Positions 44,155 to 57,389 of a stretch of 64,000 nucleotides of DNA are shown one piece after another (position 1 is the first letter of the stretch; every line of letters starts with the position of its first letter). Below the pieces are notes generated by a model, which did no database searches, had not been told where the DNA came from, and was given only the letters and a program-made list of their open reading frames with translations. The stretch is from Octopus vulgaris (Eukaryota). The stretch lies in assembly GCA_951406725.2 (NCBI GenBank), contig OX597834.1, positions 35,898,001 to 35,962,000 on the forward strand, read 5' to 3'. A program made the translations under genes and the position numbers.

Positions 44155-44778
44155 GTTGAGCGAAGCGGTCTTCGTCCCAGTGGGAGACGTCCGAAACGTG
44201 GTCCTTTGCTAGTCGTAAGACCCGCACAAGAGAAAGCAGGTCAACCCCCGACACCGAGAGCATCAACGGATGGATGAATGCGCATCCAGGCTCAGCGGTT
44301 GCATAGGAAGGAAGTCGGGGACAAGAAACAGGAAGAAAGAGTGAAAGAAAGTTGGAGAGAAAGAGTACAACAGGGGTCGCCACCCCTCCCCCTGCCGGAG
44401 CTTCGTGGAGCTTTAGGTGTTTTCGCTCAATAAACACATCATCATCATCATTGTTCGACCGTGGTCGAGACAATGGAATTTACCATGCTACGCCAGACTT
44501 CACGGTCCATCATGGCATTACGGAGGTCCTGTTGCTGGATGCCTGTATCCCTGGAGATTACATCAGGGTAGGAGAGTGTGCACCCTCTGGTATTGCGAGT
44601 AGATGGCTTCCAGAGGGGAAGAGTAGAAATTACTTCTTTTTCAGCTCTACAACAATGTCCAGCAAACTGGACTCTCCTACCTTTCAATAAACACACACAA
44701 CGCCCGGTCTGGGAATCGAAACCGCGATCCTCCAACCGCAAGTCCGCTGCCCTAACCACTGGGCCATTGCGCCTCCAC
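44155..44778 (-). mobile_element. SINE family C (alternative 3' tail), interrupted by an RTE insertion
   Basis: Head GTGGAGGCGCAATGGCCCAGTGGTTAGGG..GTTTCGATTCC at 44778; body resumes after the insert; tail differs from the copy at 49381. Confidence 0.85.
44439..44683 (-). mobile_element. 5'-truncated RTE-clade LINE 3' end with (TGA)n tail and 12-bp TSD
   Basis: RRVQFAGHCCRA...LWKP...YPDVISRDTG...LRNAMMDREVWRSMV* followed by (TGA)n; TSD tcaataaacaca at 44427-44438 and 44684-44695. Confidence 0.9.
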
Positions 44779-44962
44779 TTGTTGTTGGTAGTGGTGGTGG
44801 TGGTGGTAGAGCTGGCAACGACGGTGTTGCTGCTGTTAATTATGGTGGCGCTGGTTATAGAGTATAAGGTCCATCGTTTTAAACAGTAAAATCAGATCTC
44901 TACTCTCTTTTATCATACAACCCCCTTCTCTCTCTACCTTTCTCTCTCTCTCCTTCCTTCCC

Positions 44963-44999
<37 letters not shown>

Positions 45000-45265
45000 T
45001 TTCAAATCTCACCCTTTTTACATCTCCTTACCTACCTCTTTCTCTTTTCCTCTCTGTTTTTCTTTCTTAATATCTCTCTCTCTCTCTCTCCCTATGTGCC
45101 TCTTACTCTCTTTCTTTCTCTTTCAAATATCCTTTTCCTTTAATCTCTCTCCCTACGCACCTCCTTCTCCCCTTCTCTCTCTCACTCTTTCAAATTTACC
45201 CCATTTTTAATCTCAGTCTCTCCTTACCTCTTTATCTCTCTCTCTCTCTCTCTCTCTCCCTCTCC

Positions 45266-45335
<70 letters not shown>

Positions 45336-45444
45336 CTCACCCTCGTTTCTAAATCTCCCCCATTTTTCTAAACTCTCTTGCTCCATCGATACACGCTTCT
45401 CTCTTTCATAATCTCTCTCACACATACGCACACACACACACACA

Positions 45445-45479
<35 letters not shown>

Positions 45480-45974
45480 TCTTCTACTGACCCATATGTT
45501 GTGTTTAATATATCTGACGTCTAAACCGAAAACGTTTATACAATTGCAGATAATAACTTTATCAAGCGTCTACATCAGAAAGAAAGAGAAAGAGGTTAAA
45601 GAAGATGGAAACCGGTGGAGACCTATCAAAGATACAATAATAATAATAATTTAAAAACCTTTCACCAAACTTAACAATCATTTTTCAGTTCTCTTCTTGT
45701 TCCATCGAAAATTTTCAAAGTCTTTCAATAATATCTTCGCCATTTGAATGAGAAATTAAAAAGGAATTGGAAATCTTCAATCGCTAATTTATTTTCACGG
45801 TCATCAAACAGATATTTGGAGACCGCCATTGTGTCAGACGATCTTTTAACTCATTCAAATTTCTTTGGTTGAGCTTGTTCGCTTGCTGTGGCCGTTGGTC
45901 ATTTTAACAAATGGTCGTTTTTGGATATATATATATATTCAACAAAGAATTCATAGAATTTAGATTAAAATATC

Positions 45975-46432
45975 TTTTATCTTTTATTTCTTTAGATCAT
46001 TGGACTGCGGTCATGCTGGAGTACAACATTGAAGGGTTTTGGGCGAACAAGTCAACTCCAGTATTTATTTTATTTTGAAATCTGATCCTTATTCTATCGG
46101 TATCTTTTGCCAGATCGCTAAGTTAAGAGGACGTAAACAACCCAGCACCGGTTGTCAAGCAGTGGCTGAGGACAAGCACAACCACAAAGACAACGCACAC
46201 GTAGATACATTCATACATAAATCCATACATAGTCCCACTGCGTGGCTCCTTGGGCAAATGTCTTCTACTATAGACTGACCAAGGCCTTGTGAGTGGATTT
46301 GGTAGACAGAAACTGAAGGAAGCCCGTCGTATTTATATATGTACATATCTATATATGTGTATTTTTGTCTGTGTTTGTCCCCCCACCATCACTTAACAAC
46401 CGATGTTGGTGTATTTACATCCCCATAACTTA
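45975..46432. mobile_element. Two divergently oriented SINE family B halves
   Basis: 45975-46200 is the 3' half on the minus strand; 46231-46432 is the head/body on the plus strand. Confidence 0.75.
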
Positions 46433-46439
46433 ATGGTAC

Positions 46440-46598
46440 AACAGAGTACAACAGATGTCGCCCCCCCCCCTGCCGGAGCATCGTGGAGCCTTAGGTGTTT
46501 TCCCTCAATAAACACACACAACGCCCGGTCTGGGAATCGAAACCGCGATCCTCCGACCGCGAATCCGCTGCCCTAACCACTGGGCCATTGCACCTCCA
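46440..46598 (-). mobile_element. SINE family C 5' part
   Basis: Matches the head at 49610-49766. Confidence 0.85.
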
Positions 46599-47296
46599 CT
46601 GTTGCTGCTGTTGCTGTTGTTGTTGTCAAGCAACAAGACGGGTAAGGGTGATTAGGTGGTGGTCTAGGGCTTAGGGGCGGGAGACCCCAGAGCTTGGAAA
46701 AAAAAACTTTGGTCGTCTTGTAGTCGAGGGCTCTCCGTTGACGCCCGACACCACTGGGAGGTGACCCTCGAAGTCGCTGGAAATGAAGATCTCCAGGTCC
46801 AAATTCTTGAAAGGCTCCTGCTGTTGCTGTTGTTGTTCAGCCTCAGGTCAACATTACCTTGATAAAAGGTATTCCAGCCATGACCATTCCATTTTCCTCT
46901 TTTCAAACATTGGACAACCTTATCCAGCCTTATCTAAATTGTCTTTCTTTTTTCAGAAAACAGAATGTAATTTGAGAGAGATATGACTGCTATTTCTAGT
47001 GAATCAAAGGACCACCTAGACGTTTCCTAGTTGGTTTATGGTCATTCAGGAATATAAACACTCTAAGCTATCTAGTTCGGTGCTCTCTGCTATTTTTGAC
47101 ACTAAAATATTTACGCATTAAAAGTGTTATTAATCGAGGAATGGTGTTGAAAAAGAAAAGAAAAACAACACACCCAAGACTCCGACAGGTGAAAGATATT
47201 CCTCCTCCTCCTCCTCCTCCTCCTCCTTCTTCATCTTCTTCTACTCATCATCATCATCATCATCATTATTTGTTGTGGCCAACAAGCCACCTTTTG

Positions 47297-47715
47297 AGGC
47301 GGCGGGCTAGCAGAATCGTTAGCACGCCGGGCGAAATGCGCAGCCGTATTTCGTCTGTCGTTACGTTCTGAGTTCAAATTCCGCCGAGGTCGACTTTGCC
47401 TGTCATCCTTTCGGGGTCGATAAATTAAGTACCAGTTACGCACTGGGGTCGATATAATCGACTTAATTCCTTTGTCTGCCTTTGTTTGTCCCCTCTGTGT
47501 TTAGCCCCTTGTAGGCAGTAAAGAAATAAGAATCGTTAGCATGCTGGACGAAATGCTTAGCTGTATTTCATCTGTGTTTTACGTTCCGAGTTCAAATTTC
47601 GCCGGAGTCGACTTTGCATTTCATCCTTTCGAGGTCGATAAATTGCGTACAGGGGTCGATCTAAATGACTGGCCTCCTCCCCCAAAATTTCAAGCCTTAT
47701 GCCAATAATAGAAAA

Positions 47716-47764
<49 letters not shown>

Positions 47765-47970
47765 TGAGCTGGCAGAATCGTTAGCACGCCGGGCGAAATG
47801 CTTAGCGGTATTTCGTCTGCAGTTACGTTCTGAGTTCAAATTCCGCCGAGGTCGACTTTGCATTTCATCTTTTCGGGGTGGATAAAATAAGTGCCAGTTA
47901 CGCACTGGGGTCAAGGTAATCGACTAATCCCCACCTCCCCTCAGCTGGCCTTGTGGCAAAATATTTGAAA
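47297..47970 (+). mobile_element. Cluster of three tandem SINE family A copies
   Basis: Heads at 47297, ~47530 and ~47766; tRNA-like A box and B box GAGTTCAAAT; central block GCCTTTCATCCTTTCGGGGTCGATAAATTAAGTACCAG. Confidence 0.9.
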
Positions 47971-48997
47971 TAATAATAATAAATATTATTATTATTATTA
48001 TTATTATTAGTAGTAGTAGTAGTAGTAGTAGTAGGAGGAGGAGGAGGAGGAGGAGGAGGAGGAAGAGTAGATCCTTGGGGATGATAAGGAAATCTAATAA
48101 AGCAATCATCACCATTATCTCCATCATCATCATCTTCATCATCATCATCATCTTCATCATTATTATCATCAGCAGCAAAATAATAAATGTTTTTTTAAAA
48201 AAAACATGATTTTCAGGTGGGCTTTTTTTCGACAAACATTTCCTGTTCTCCATTATTATCATTAACGTCGTCGTCATCATCATCAATAACACCAACATCA
48301 TCACCACCACCACTACTCCCAACATCCTCATCACCATCATCATCATCATCATCATCATCATTACCATCATCATCGATTTCGTCATCAAAGACTATCACCA
48401 CCTACACCAGCATCACATCTGCCACAACCACTAATATTCTCCTCCTCCTGCTCCTCTTCTTCCTTCTCATCATCGTCATCATCATCATCACCACCACCAC
48501 CACCACCACCACCACCACCACCATCATCATCGTCATCATCATCATCGTCATCATCATCGTCATCACCACCACCACCACCATCATCATCATCATCTATCTA
48601 TCTATTTTAAATGTCTTAAAAACACGATTTTCAGGTGGGCTTTACTTCTCCAAACATTTCCTCTACTCCATCTGTTTTATTTCTAAGAATATGTGTGTGA
48701 GAGAGAGACAGCGAGAAAGAGAGAGGGGCAAGACAAAGACTGACAGACAGGCATAAAACGGAAGGGGAACTCCTCGCTAAAACAGTTGCATCACTTAACA
48801 AGACACGGTGAACATTTGTTGTTGATTCACCAGGATCGCTAATAACTCTCATAGTTTATATAACCCGGGTGCGTTAACTCTTTTATTTAGATCTTTCCGA
48901 ATACAGCTTCATACACACCTTAACAAAACTTATCAAACGTTATCAGGCTGGTGAGAGCTTTTCATTAAATCTCTAAATATGTGTAGACATTCAGTGT

Positions 48998-49221
48998 GTG
49001 GCAGAACCGTTAGCACGCCGGGTGAAATGCTTAGCGGTATTTCGCCTGCCGTTACGTTCTGGGTTCAAATTCCGCCGAGGTCGACTTTGCCTTTCATCCT
49101 TTCGGGGTCGATTAAATAAGTACCAGTTATGCACTGGGATCGATATGATCGACTTAATCCATTTGTCTGTCCTTGTTTGTCCTCTCTGTGTTTAGCCCCT
49201 TGTGGGTAGTAAAGAAATAGG
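48998..49221 (+). mobile_element. SINE family A, near full length
   Basis: Colinear with 47297-47530. Confidence 0.9.
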
Positions 49222-49380
49222 TATAGAAGGATAGAGTAAGGAACATTCAACGCTAGAAAATTATATTGGCAATAATAAAGATAATAAAATTAATCTTAAT
49301 ATTTCGAGTAAAATAACACTTTTGGAAAGTGTGAAAAGAGTTTGTTTGACCCGAAATATTAGAATTGAATATTTTTAAAG

Positions 49381-49766
49381 GTGGAAGCACTCCGTCGGTT
49401 ACGACGACGAGGGTTCCGGTTGATCCGATCAACAGAACAGCCTGCTCGTGAAATTAACGTGTAAGTGGCTGAGCACTCCACAGACACGTGTACCCTTAAC
49501 GTAGTTCTCGGGGGATATTCAGCGTGACACAGAGTGTGACAAGGCCGGCCCTTTGAAATACAGGTACAACAGAAACAAGAAGTAAGAGTGAGAGAAAGTT
49601 GTGGTGAAAGAGTACAGCAGGGATCACCACCATCCCCTGCCGGAGACTCGTGGAGCTTTAGGTGTTTTTGCTTAATAAACACTCACAACGCCCGGTCTGG
49701 GAATCGAAACCGCGATCCTACGACCGCGAGTCCGCTGCCCTAACCACTGGGCCATTGCGCCTCCAC
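49381..49766 (-). mobile_element. SINE family C, full length (tRNA-Arg-like head; resembles octopus OR1-type SINE)
   Basis: A box TGGCCCAGTGG, B box GTTTCGATTCC, tail ...gtcgtcgtaaccgacggagtgc. The family name is an inference. Confidence 0.88.
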
Positions 49767-49900
49767 ATTTTTAAAGGTAACATTTCAATGTCTTTGTTTT
49801 TGTTAATACTGATATTAATGCTCGATTTTTTATTGGTATAAAAACATAAGAAACGAACATAGTCGTGTCTTTAGAAAAGAAAAGCAGATCTCCCTTCTGT

Positions 49901-50298
49901 TATTCTTTTATTTGTTTCAGTCATTTGACTGCGGCCATGCTGGAGCACCGCCTTTAGTCGAAGAAATCGACCTCCGGACTTATTCTTTTTAAGCCTAATA
50001 CTTATTCTGTCGGTCATTTTTGCCGAACCGCTAAGTGACGGGGACGTAAACTTACCAACATCGGTTGTCAAGCGATGTTGGGAGGACAAACACAGACACA
50101 CACATACATATATATACATATACGTACATATATACGACGGACTTCTTTCAGTTTCCGTCTACTAAATCCACTCACAAGACCTTGGTCGGCCCGTGGCCAT
50201 AGTAGAAAACACTTGCCAAGGGTACTACACTGTGGGACTGAACCCAGAACCACGTAGTTGGGAAGTAAGCTTCTTACTACACAGCCACACCTGCGCCT
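49901..50298 (-). mobile_element. SINE family B, full length
   Basis: Head AGGCGCAGGTGTGGCTGTGTAGTAAG through tail CAGTCAAATGACTGAAACAAATAAAAGAAT. Confidence 0.9.
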
Positions 50299-50302
50299 GC
50301 AT

Positions 50303-50710
50303 ATATTCTTCTATTCTTTTACAAGTTTCAGCCCAAAGGTTGTGGCCAAGCTGGGGCACTGCCAGCATACTCAGCTTTTCTATTGGCTTTTGGTGAAGGA
50401 GAGAGTTCGATACTGTTGTCCTCTTTTGAGTTTCCTACCTTGTTATTGGCTCGTTTGAGACTTTGTACAGCAGGGGTTCAAGTTGCTTCTTGAAAACATC
50501 TACCTTCACTCCATGAAGATCCCTCAGATGCTTTGGCAATGCGTTAAACAGCTGTGGGCCCTTCAATCCCAAGCAATTGCAGTGCATGATCCTCACTCAA
50601 GATGGGACAGCTGGCACCTTTGGAACAGCGCAGTGGCGTCCGGTTAGGGATCTGTATTGCACACAATTCCGAAGTTTGGTACCAGCCCCTTCAGTATCTT
50701 CCATGTATAT
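50303..50710 (-). mobile_element. 5'-truncated CR1/L2-group LINE 3' end
   Basis: IYTWKILKGLVPNFG...GRHCAVP...GPQLFNALPKHLR...VDVFKKQLEPLL..V.NEP, then a 3'UTR ending ggctgaaacttgtaaaagaatagaagaat. Confidence 0.8.
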
Positions 50711-50890
50711 ATATATATATATATAGTTTCGAATTTGTGTGATTGTGTATAGAATAATATGTCTACTTATCTGTCGATCTGTCCGGTTCGTAACTATTCT
50801 GCCTGCTCACCGCCTTGTACAGTTAAATATTGAGACGTGTGTGTGCGCGCCCACGAACGTGTGTACCTGTGTACACTCGTACTCACATGC

Positions 50891-51175
<285 letters not shown>

Positions 51176-51192
51176 TAGATAGATAGAAAGAT

Positions 51193-51259
<67 letters not shown>

Positions 51260-51695
51260 CAGAGACATGGGCGAATTTCTGGAAGTCTTATTGCACTTAA
51301 ATACAGGTCTGCATGTTTAACTAATCTCTTATTCTCTCCCTTCACTTCACTGCACTCACTTTACTTACTGCAAATACTTTCACACACGCACTCGCACAAC
51401 ACACTTACTCGCACGCAGGCACACAACACATGTACACGCACGCGCGCACACTCCAACACACACACATTCATATACATACGCACATACTTCCCTCTCTTCT
51501 CTTTCGTTTTTTTTTTTCTTTGTTTTTGTTTTTTATTCCCATTCCACATATTTCATACTCACGGATATCTTCATCCCGGTAACCATTCGCACACACAAGC
51601 ATACACACATATGCATTCATACCTGTATGTACACTCCCCCCCACACACACACACACGTACTCGCGCCCACTGATACGCATACGCACACACACACA

Positions 51696-51734
<39 letters not shown>

Positions 51735-52494
51735 AAGCACACACATACTAACACACACAAACACACTCATACACTCAAACACATACACACACATATAACC
51801 GAGCACACTCACACATATACGCACACACACTCATACGCACACGTACACACACACACACTCACACACACACACTCATACACGTACACACTCATACACACAC
51901 ACTCACACTCACACACACACACTCTTACACACACGTACACACTCATACACACACACTCACACTCACACACAGACACTCATACACACGTACACACTCATAC
52001 ACACACACTCACACACACACATTCATACACACACGTACACACTCATACACACACACATTCATACACACACGTACACACTCATACACACACGTACACACTC
52101 ATACACACACACACACACTTACACACACACGTACATACTCATACACACACGTACACACTTTCTCTTACACAATTTCGGTTTGTCTCGCCATTCTTCAAAT
52201 ACTCGCACCACCGCCATAACAACAGCAACAACAGCTACAGCTACTAGAATTACCTCAATCGTCATCACAGCCATGACCTCCACCACCTACAACACAAATC
52301 CTACCAACTCTACCCTACCATTCCGCCCCCCCCCCCCATTCCCACTACCAGCAACAGTACATCTATAACCAACAATGTCACCACCACCACCACCACCACC
52401 ATTACCACCAAAACCATCGCCCCCCCCCCCACCACCACCATTACCACCACCACCAACGACAACAACAACAACACCACAACCAACACCACCACCA

Positions 52495-52548
52495 CGACCA
52501 AAGCCTTGTGAGTGGATTTGGCAGACAGAAACTGTAAGAAGCCCGTGG

Positions 52549-52582
<34 letters not shown>

Positions 52583-52812
52583 TACAGGTGTGTGTATCTG
52601 TGTGTATATGTTTGTGTGTCTGTGTTTGTGCCCCGCACTATCGACTGACAACCGATGTTGGTGTGTTTACGTCCCCGTAACTTAGCGGTTCGGCAAAAGA
52701 GACCGATAGAATAAGTACTTGGCTTACAAAGAATAAGTCCTGGAGTTGATTTGTTCAACTAAAGGCGGTGCTCCAGCATGGCCGCAGTCAAATGACTGAA
52801 ACAAATAAAAGA
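52495..52812 (+). mobile_element. SINE family B, 5'-truncated
   Basis: cgaccaaagccttgtgagtggatttgg...(TA)n...ggcggtgctccagcatggccgcagtcaaatgactgaaac. Confidence 0.9.
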
Positions 52813-52850
52813 AAAAAAGAACACACACACACACTCATATATATATATAT

Positions 52851-52936
<86 letters not shown>

Positions 52937-52949
52937 ATGTATATGTATG

Positions 52950-52999
<50 letters not shown>

Positions 53000-53018
53000 G
53001 TGTGTGTGTGTATGTATG

Positions 53019-53065
<47 letters not shown>

Positions 53066-53069
53066 TACA

Positions 53070-53228
53070 GTCTTCTTTCAGTTTTTGTCTCCCAAATCCA
53101 CTCACAAGGCTTTGGTCGGCCCGAGGCTACAGTAGAAGACACTTGTCCAAGGTGCCACGCAGGAGGACTGAACTCGGAACCATGTGGTTGATAAGCAAGC
53201 TTCCAACCACACAGTCACTCACATGCCT
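53070..53228 (-). mobile_element. SINE family B head fragment
   Basis: Matches 22670-22816. Confidence 0.85.
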
Positions 53229-53572
53229 ATATATATATACATCCACATGAAAGATACAAAACACCTACATGTTTTTCATTGCATCCTCCTGTACTGTTAT
53301 CCGACATCACACGCTGTTCCAACCCCTACTCATTCTCCACTCGCGCTCGCACTCACCCTCACACCTACCTGACTCACATTCCACCCCCTTTATACTCCGC
53401 TAACCTCGCATATCTTCAACACCTTTCACCTATCTTTTAGGTGTGTCCTGCAAAAGGATGAACAGAAACGCTTTTTTATATTTATTTTTAACACAGATCT
53501 TCACACACACTTACATGTGTATGTGTGCATGCATGTACATATATATGCTTATATGTATATATATACATATAA

Positions 53573-53665
<93 letters not shown>

Positions 53666-53675
53666 CAATATATAT

Positions 53676-53710
<35 letters not shown>

Positions 53711-55230
53711 GCATACAAGCATATATATATAATCTTATATATATATATGCTTATATGACTATATACATAAATACATATTTATATATATATATTTGTGTGT
53801 GTATGTACGCATGCATGGATGCATGCATGCATGTATGTATGTTTGTATATGTATGTATATGTACATGTGTATATGTATATGTATATATATGTATATATTT
53901 ATGTGTATGTATTAGTATATATTTATGTACATAAATAGCTTTTGTTTATTGAGTGTTAGAAGAGCGTAATCCTTCGCGTTACGAATTTATATTTGGTACA
54001 TAGAGTTTCATATATTTGTTATATTTATATGAAATAAACTGGCGGTGATTACACAAACGAACCACTGATTCGCTCGACCCTCCCAGCATTCAACCATGTA
54101 CGTAAGTGTGTTATAAGAAAATAATGGAATGCTTTTAAATGGATTAAAATGGTACAGGTTATTGGACACCGTGCGTCATGGATCAGAGGGGCTAAATTGA
54201 CAGATGGTTCCCTCTTTTTTAAGTAGAGGGAAATCATGTGTTGTTTCTCTGTGGGACTTTGATCGTAAACGTCTCTGTTTCATTTAACCCTTCTCCTTTG
54301 TCTCACGAGTTCCAAATCTAGTTTGAAAATGCTGTGTAGTTTCATAAGTTCTGCTGACGAAATGATCTGTTGTGTTGGCATAGGCGACATTTGAAGAAGT
54401 ACTCTCCAAGCCTTATGTATCTTCTTTATTTGATGATGCAATACAAGTAGAAATATTGATACGGTGTTCAATACTTTTCTCTATTCGTTTACTGTTTAAA
54501 GATATAGTCCTGTATTTCAGTAATCACATGTTGCCTCTCACCGCTTTACGTTCGTTTGCTTTACTTTTACAATGTGGCTCTGAATATCTACATCTGTTTC
54601 TCGTGCAGCTTTAGCTTACGTTAATGTTGTTTTTGTTGAACGATTGACCGTTCACATTAGCGGAAAAAAGTAAAAGAAATGGAATCATTTTAGTGTGTTT
54701 AAGCCGTGTGAGCCGTTAGCTGAGATCCGTCATGCACTTCGAAACCATACTTCGAAATCGAGAAAGATATATTATATATAAAGGACAACCAGCTTCGCAT
54801 TAGACTGTTAACTAATACACAGACATGTAAGGATGGGTATAGATCAGGGTATTGCCACTTCTTTCTCAACTACTACTGCTGCTTAAACAATCAAAACCAA
54901 GAACTCATATTAGGACTACTACCACCAGCTATCTACTACCAAAAACTCGCAAGAGTAAAAGAGAGAGACAGAGACAGACAGAAAAATGGAAAATGTCACT
55001 CGCATTTGAAAACTATGGAAATATTTTTCAAAAAACATTTTACTTAATTTTTACCCGATTTATTAATTTGGGGAAAAATTATATATGTTTTGCATGCTTT
55101 ACTCTAAGTTGAAAAAGTTGCAAAGACTGAAACCAGTATTAAAATGTTCTTCATGATAAAATTATTTTAGCATTTTCTACCTTGTCTTATTTTGCTTATA
55201 CATATCAACTCGTGTGCTCCTTTTCAACCT

Positions 55231-55316
<86 letters not shown>

Positions 55317-55333
55317 TACATACATACATACAT

Positions 55334-55374
<41 letters not shown>

Positions 55375-55378
<4 letters not shown>

Positions 55379-56700
55379 CCACCCAAAATTTAAACGGCCA
55401 TGAATCAGATAGACTTAGGAAGGACCTTATTGCTTTCTTCCAAAGGATGGGCTTACGGGTTACAATAGATACTAACCTGAAAAGTGTAGATTTTTTAGAT
55501 GTAAATTTTAATATAAGGTTGGATAGATTTAAACCTTACCGTAAGCCCAATGACAAGCTATCGTATATTAGCAAAGATTCGAACCATCCGCCAGTTATCC
55601 TTAGGAACTTAGTCAACAATGTAGGTAGAAGAATATCGTCAATTTCTTCGGATGGGGCAGCATTCCATAATGCTGCACCTTATTACGATTGCGCATTAAG
55701 GAATAGTGGATTCTCTGAGAAGATCCAGTACAACCAGCTTAATGCTGGTAGTAATGCTGCGCGCAGAACTAGGACCAGGAAAGTTTTGTGGTTCAACCTA
55801 GCTTTCAATTTGGCCGTAAAAACTAATATAGGTAAGGAATTCTTGATATTAGTCTCTAGGCATTTTAAGCAGAACCATAAATTCTATAGAATATTTAACA
55901 GAAGAACCCTTAAGATTAGCTGTTCTTGTTGCAGGAATTTCGCCTCTTACATTAGCCAGCATAATAGGAATCTGATTGATATTAAGCATGGTGCCGATCC
56001 CCTTAAGAAATGCAATTGTAAAAATGAATCCTCCTGTCCGTTGGAAGGGAAATGTTTGGTAAAAGGGGTCGTTTATAGAGCCAAGGTACAAATAGAAGGC
56101 TCATCGGAATACAAGACCTATACAGGGGCTTCGGAAAATTCATTTAAAACGTGATTTTATTCGCATAAAAATTCATTTAGATACCCAGAAAATAGGAAGA
56201 AGACCAGCCTAGCAAAATATGTCTGGGAACTAACAGAAAAGGGAGCCCCACCTTTCAACGTGACATGGAGCATTCTGGACGGAGCAGCACCATACAGACA
56301 CGGGGCACACAAGAAAAATTTTAAGTGCAATCTTTGTTTGTTAGAAAAATTTTATATTTTATTCAAAGACAATAATTCTTTGAATCAAAGAAGCGAACTT
56401 TTGAACTCATGCAGGCACGCAACCAAATTCAAAATGTCGAACATAAATATCCCATATGGATAGAGTATATTTTGTCTTTTTGAATTTTTGATTCTTGGAC
56501 TAGTCTGTAATCACACCGATGGATTTGTTTCGCGCTATGCAGATTTTATTCCATATAGCATAGTCTTGTGCATATATTTTGTTTATTTTGTTTATATTTC
56601 TACATATTCCTTAGGAAAATCCTTTGACTTAGTTTATTTCATTTTATTATATTGTATTGGCTTACTTTGGTATTTAATTTTTAGATAATCCAACATAGGC
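55375..56700 (+). mobile_element. 5'-truncated Penelope-like element, Naiad-type (RT C-terminus/thumb + Cys-rich linker + GIY-YIG endonuclease), inserted in (TA)n
   Basis: VDFLDV, PYRKPN, SNHPP, WFN...VKTNIG, CNC..CPLEGKC, VVYRA..TYTGAS..FK.*..H, W.IL, CNLCLLEK and LNQRSELLNSCRH motifs in a single frame with one TGA at 56152-56154; stop at 56463. Confidence 0.9.
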
Positions 56701-56818
56701 TGTTATATATGAATATATATATGTATATACATATATGTGTATATGTATGTACATATATATATGTGTGTGTGTGTGTGTGCAGAGAGAGAACGTAACATAT
56801 CTATGTATTTATGTGTAT

Positions 56819-56896
<78 letters not shown>

Positions 56897-57093
56897 CGCA
56901 CATACACATACACACATATTTATGTTGCGCACTTTTCATTTCAAACAGCTATAAACATCGGCATGTGTGTGTGTGTGCGTATTTATGTGTGTAAGTACAC
57001 CTATATCGGTATAAATGTTTCATGTGTGTGTACCTGCCTGTCTGTCTGTCTGTATATATATATATATATATATATAAATATAAATATATATAA

Positions 57094-57223
<130 letters not shown>

Positions 57224-57293
57224 TAAATATATATAAATATGTATATATATATATATATGTATATATACATGCATATATATATATATATGTATA

Positions 57294-57389
<96 letters not shown>

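Noticed and set aside
49690-49766. tRNA gene (also SINE heads at 44778, 46598, 47297, 50298)
   Set aside because: A and B boxes are present, but there is no complete cloverleaf and each continues into a repeated SINE body.
54049-54471. Two short minus-strand ORFs as a host exon
   Set aside because: No recognisable protein motif in the frames examined; cannot be supported.
56152-56154. Selenocysteine recoding of the in-frame TGA in the Naiad-type ORF
   Set aside because: The position corresponds to the conserved Arg rather than a Cys; CpG deamination of CGA explains it, and no SECIS was recognisable by eye.
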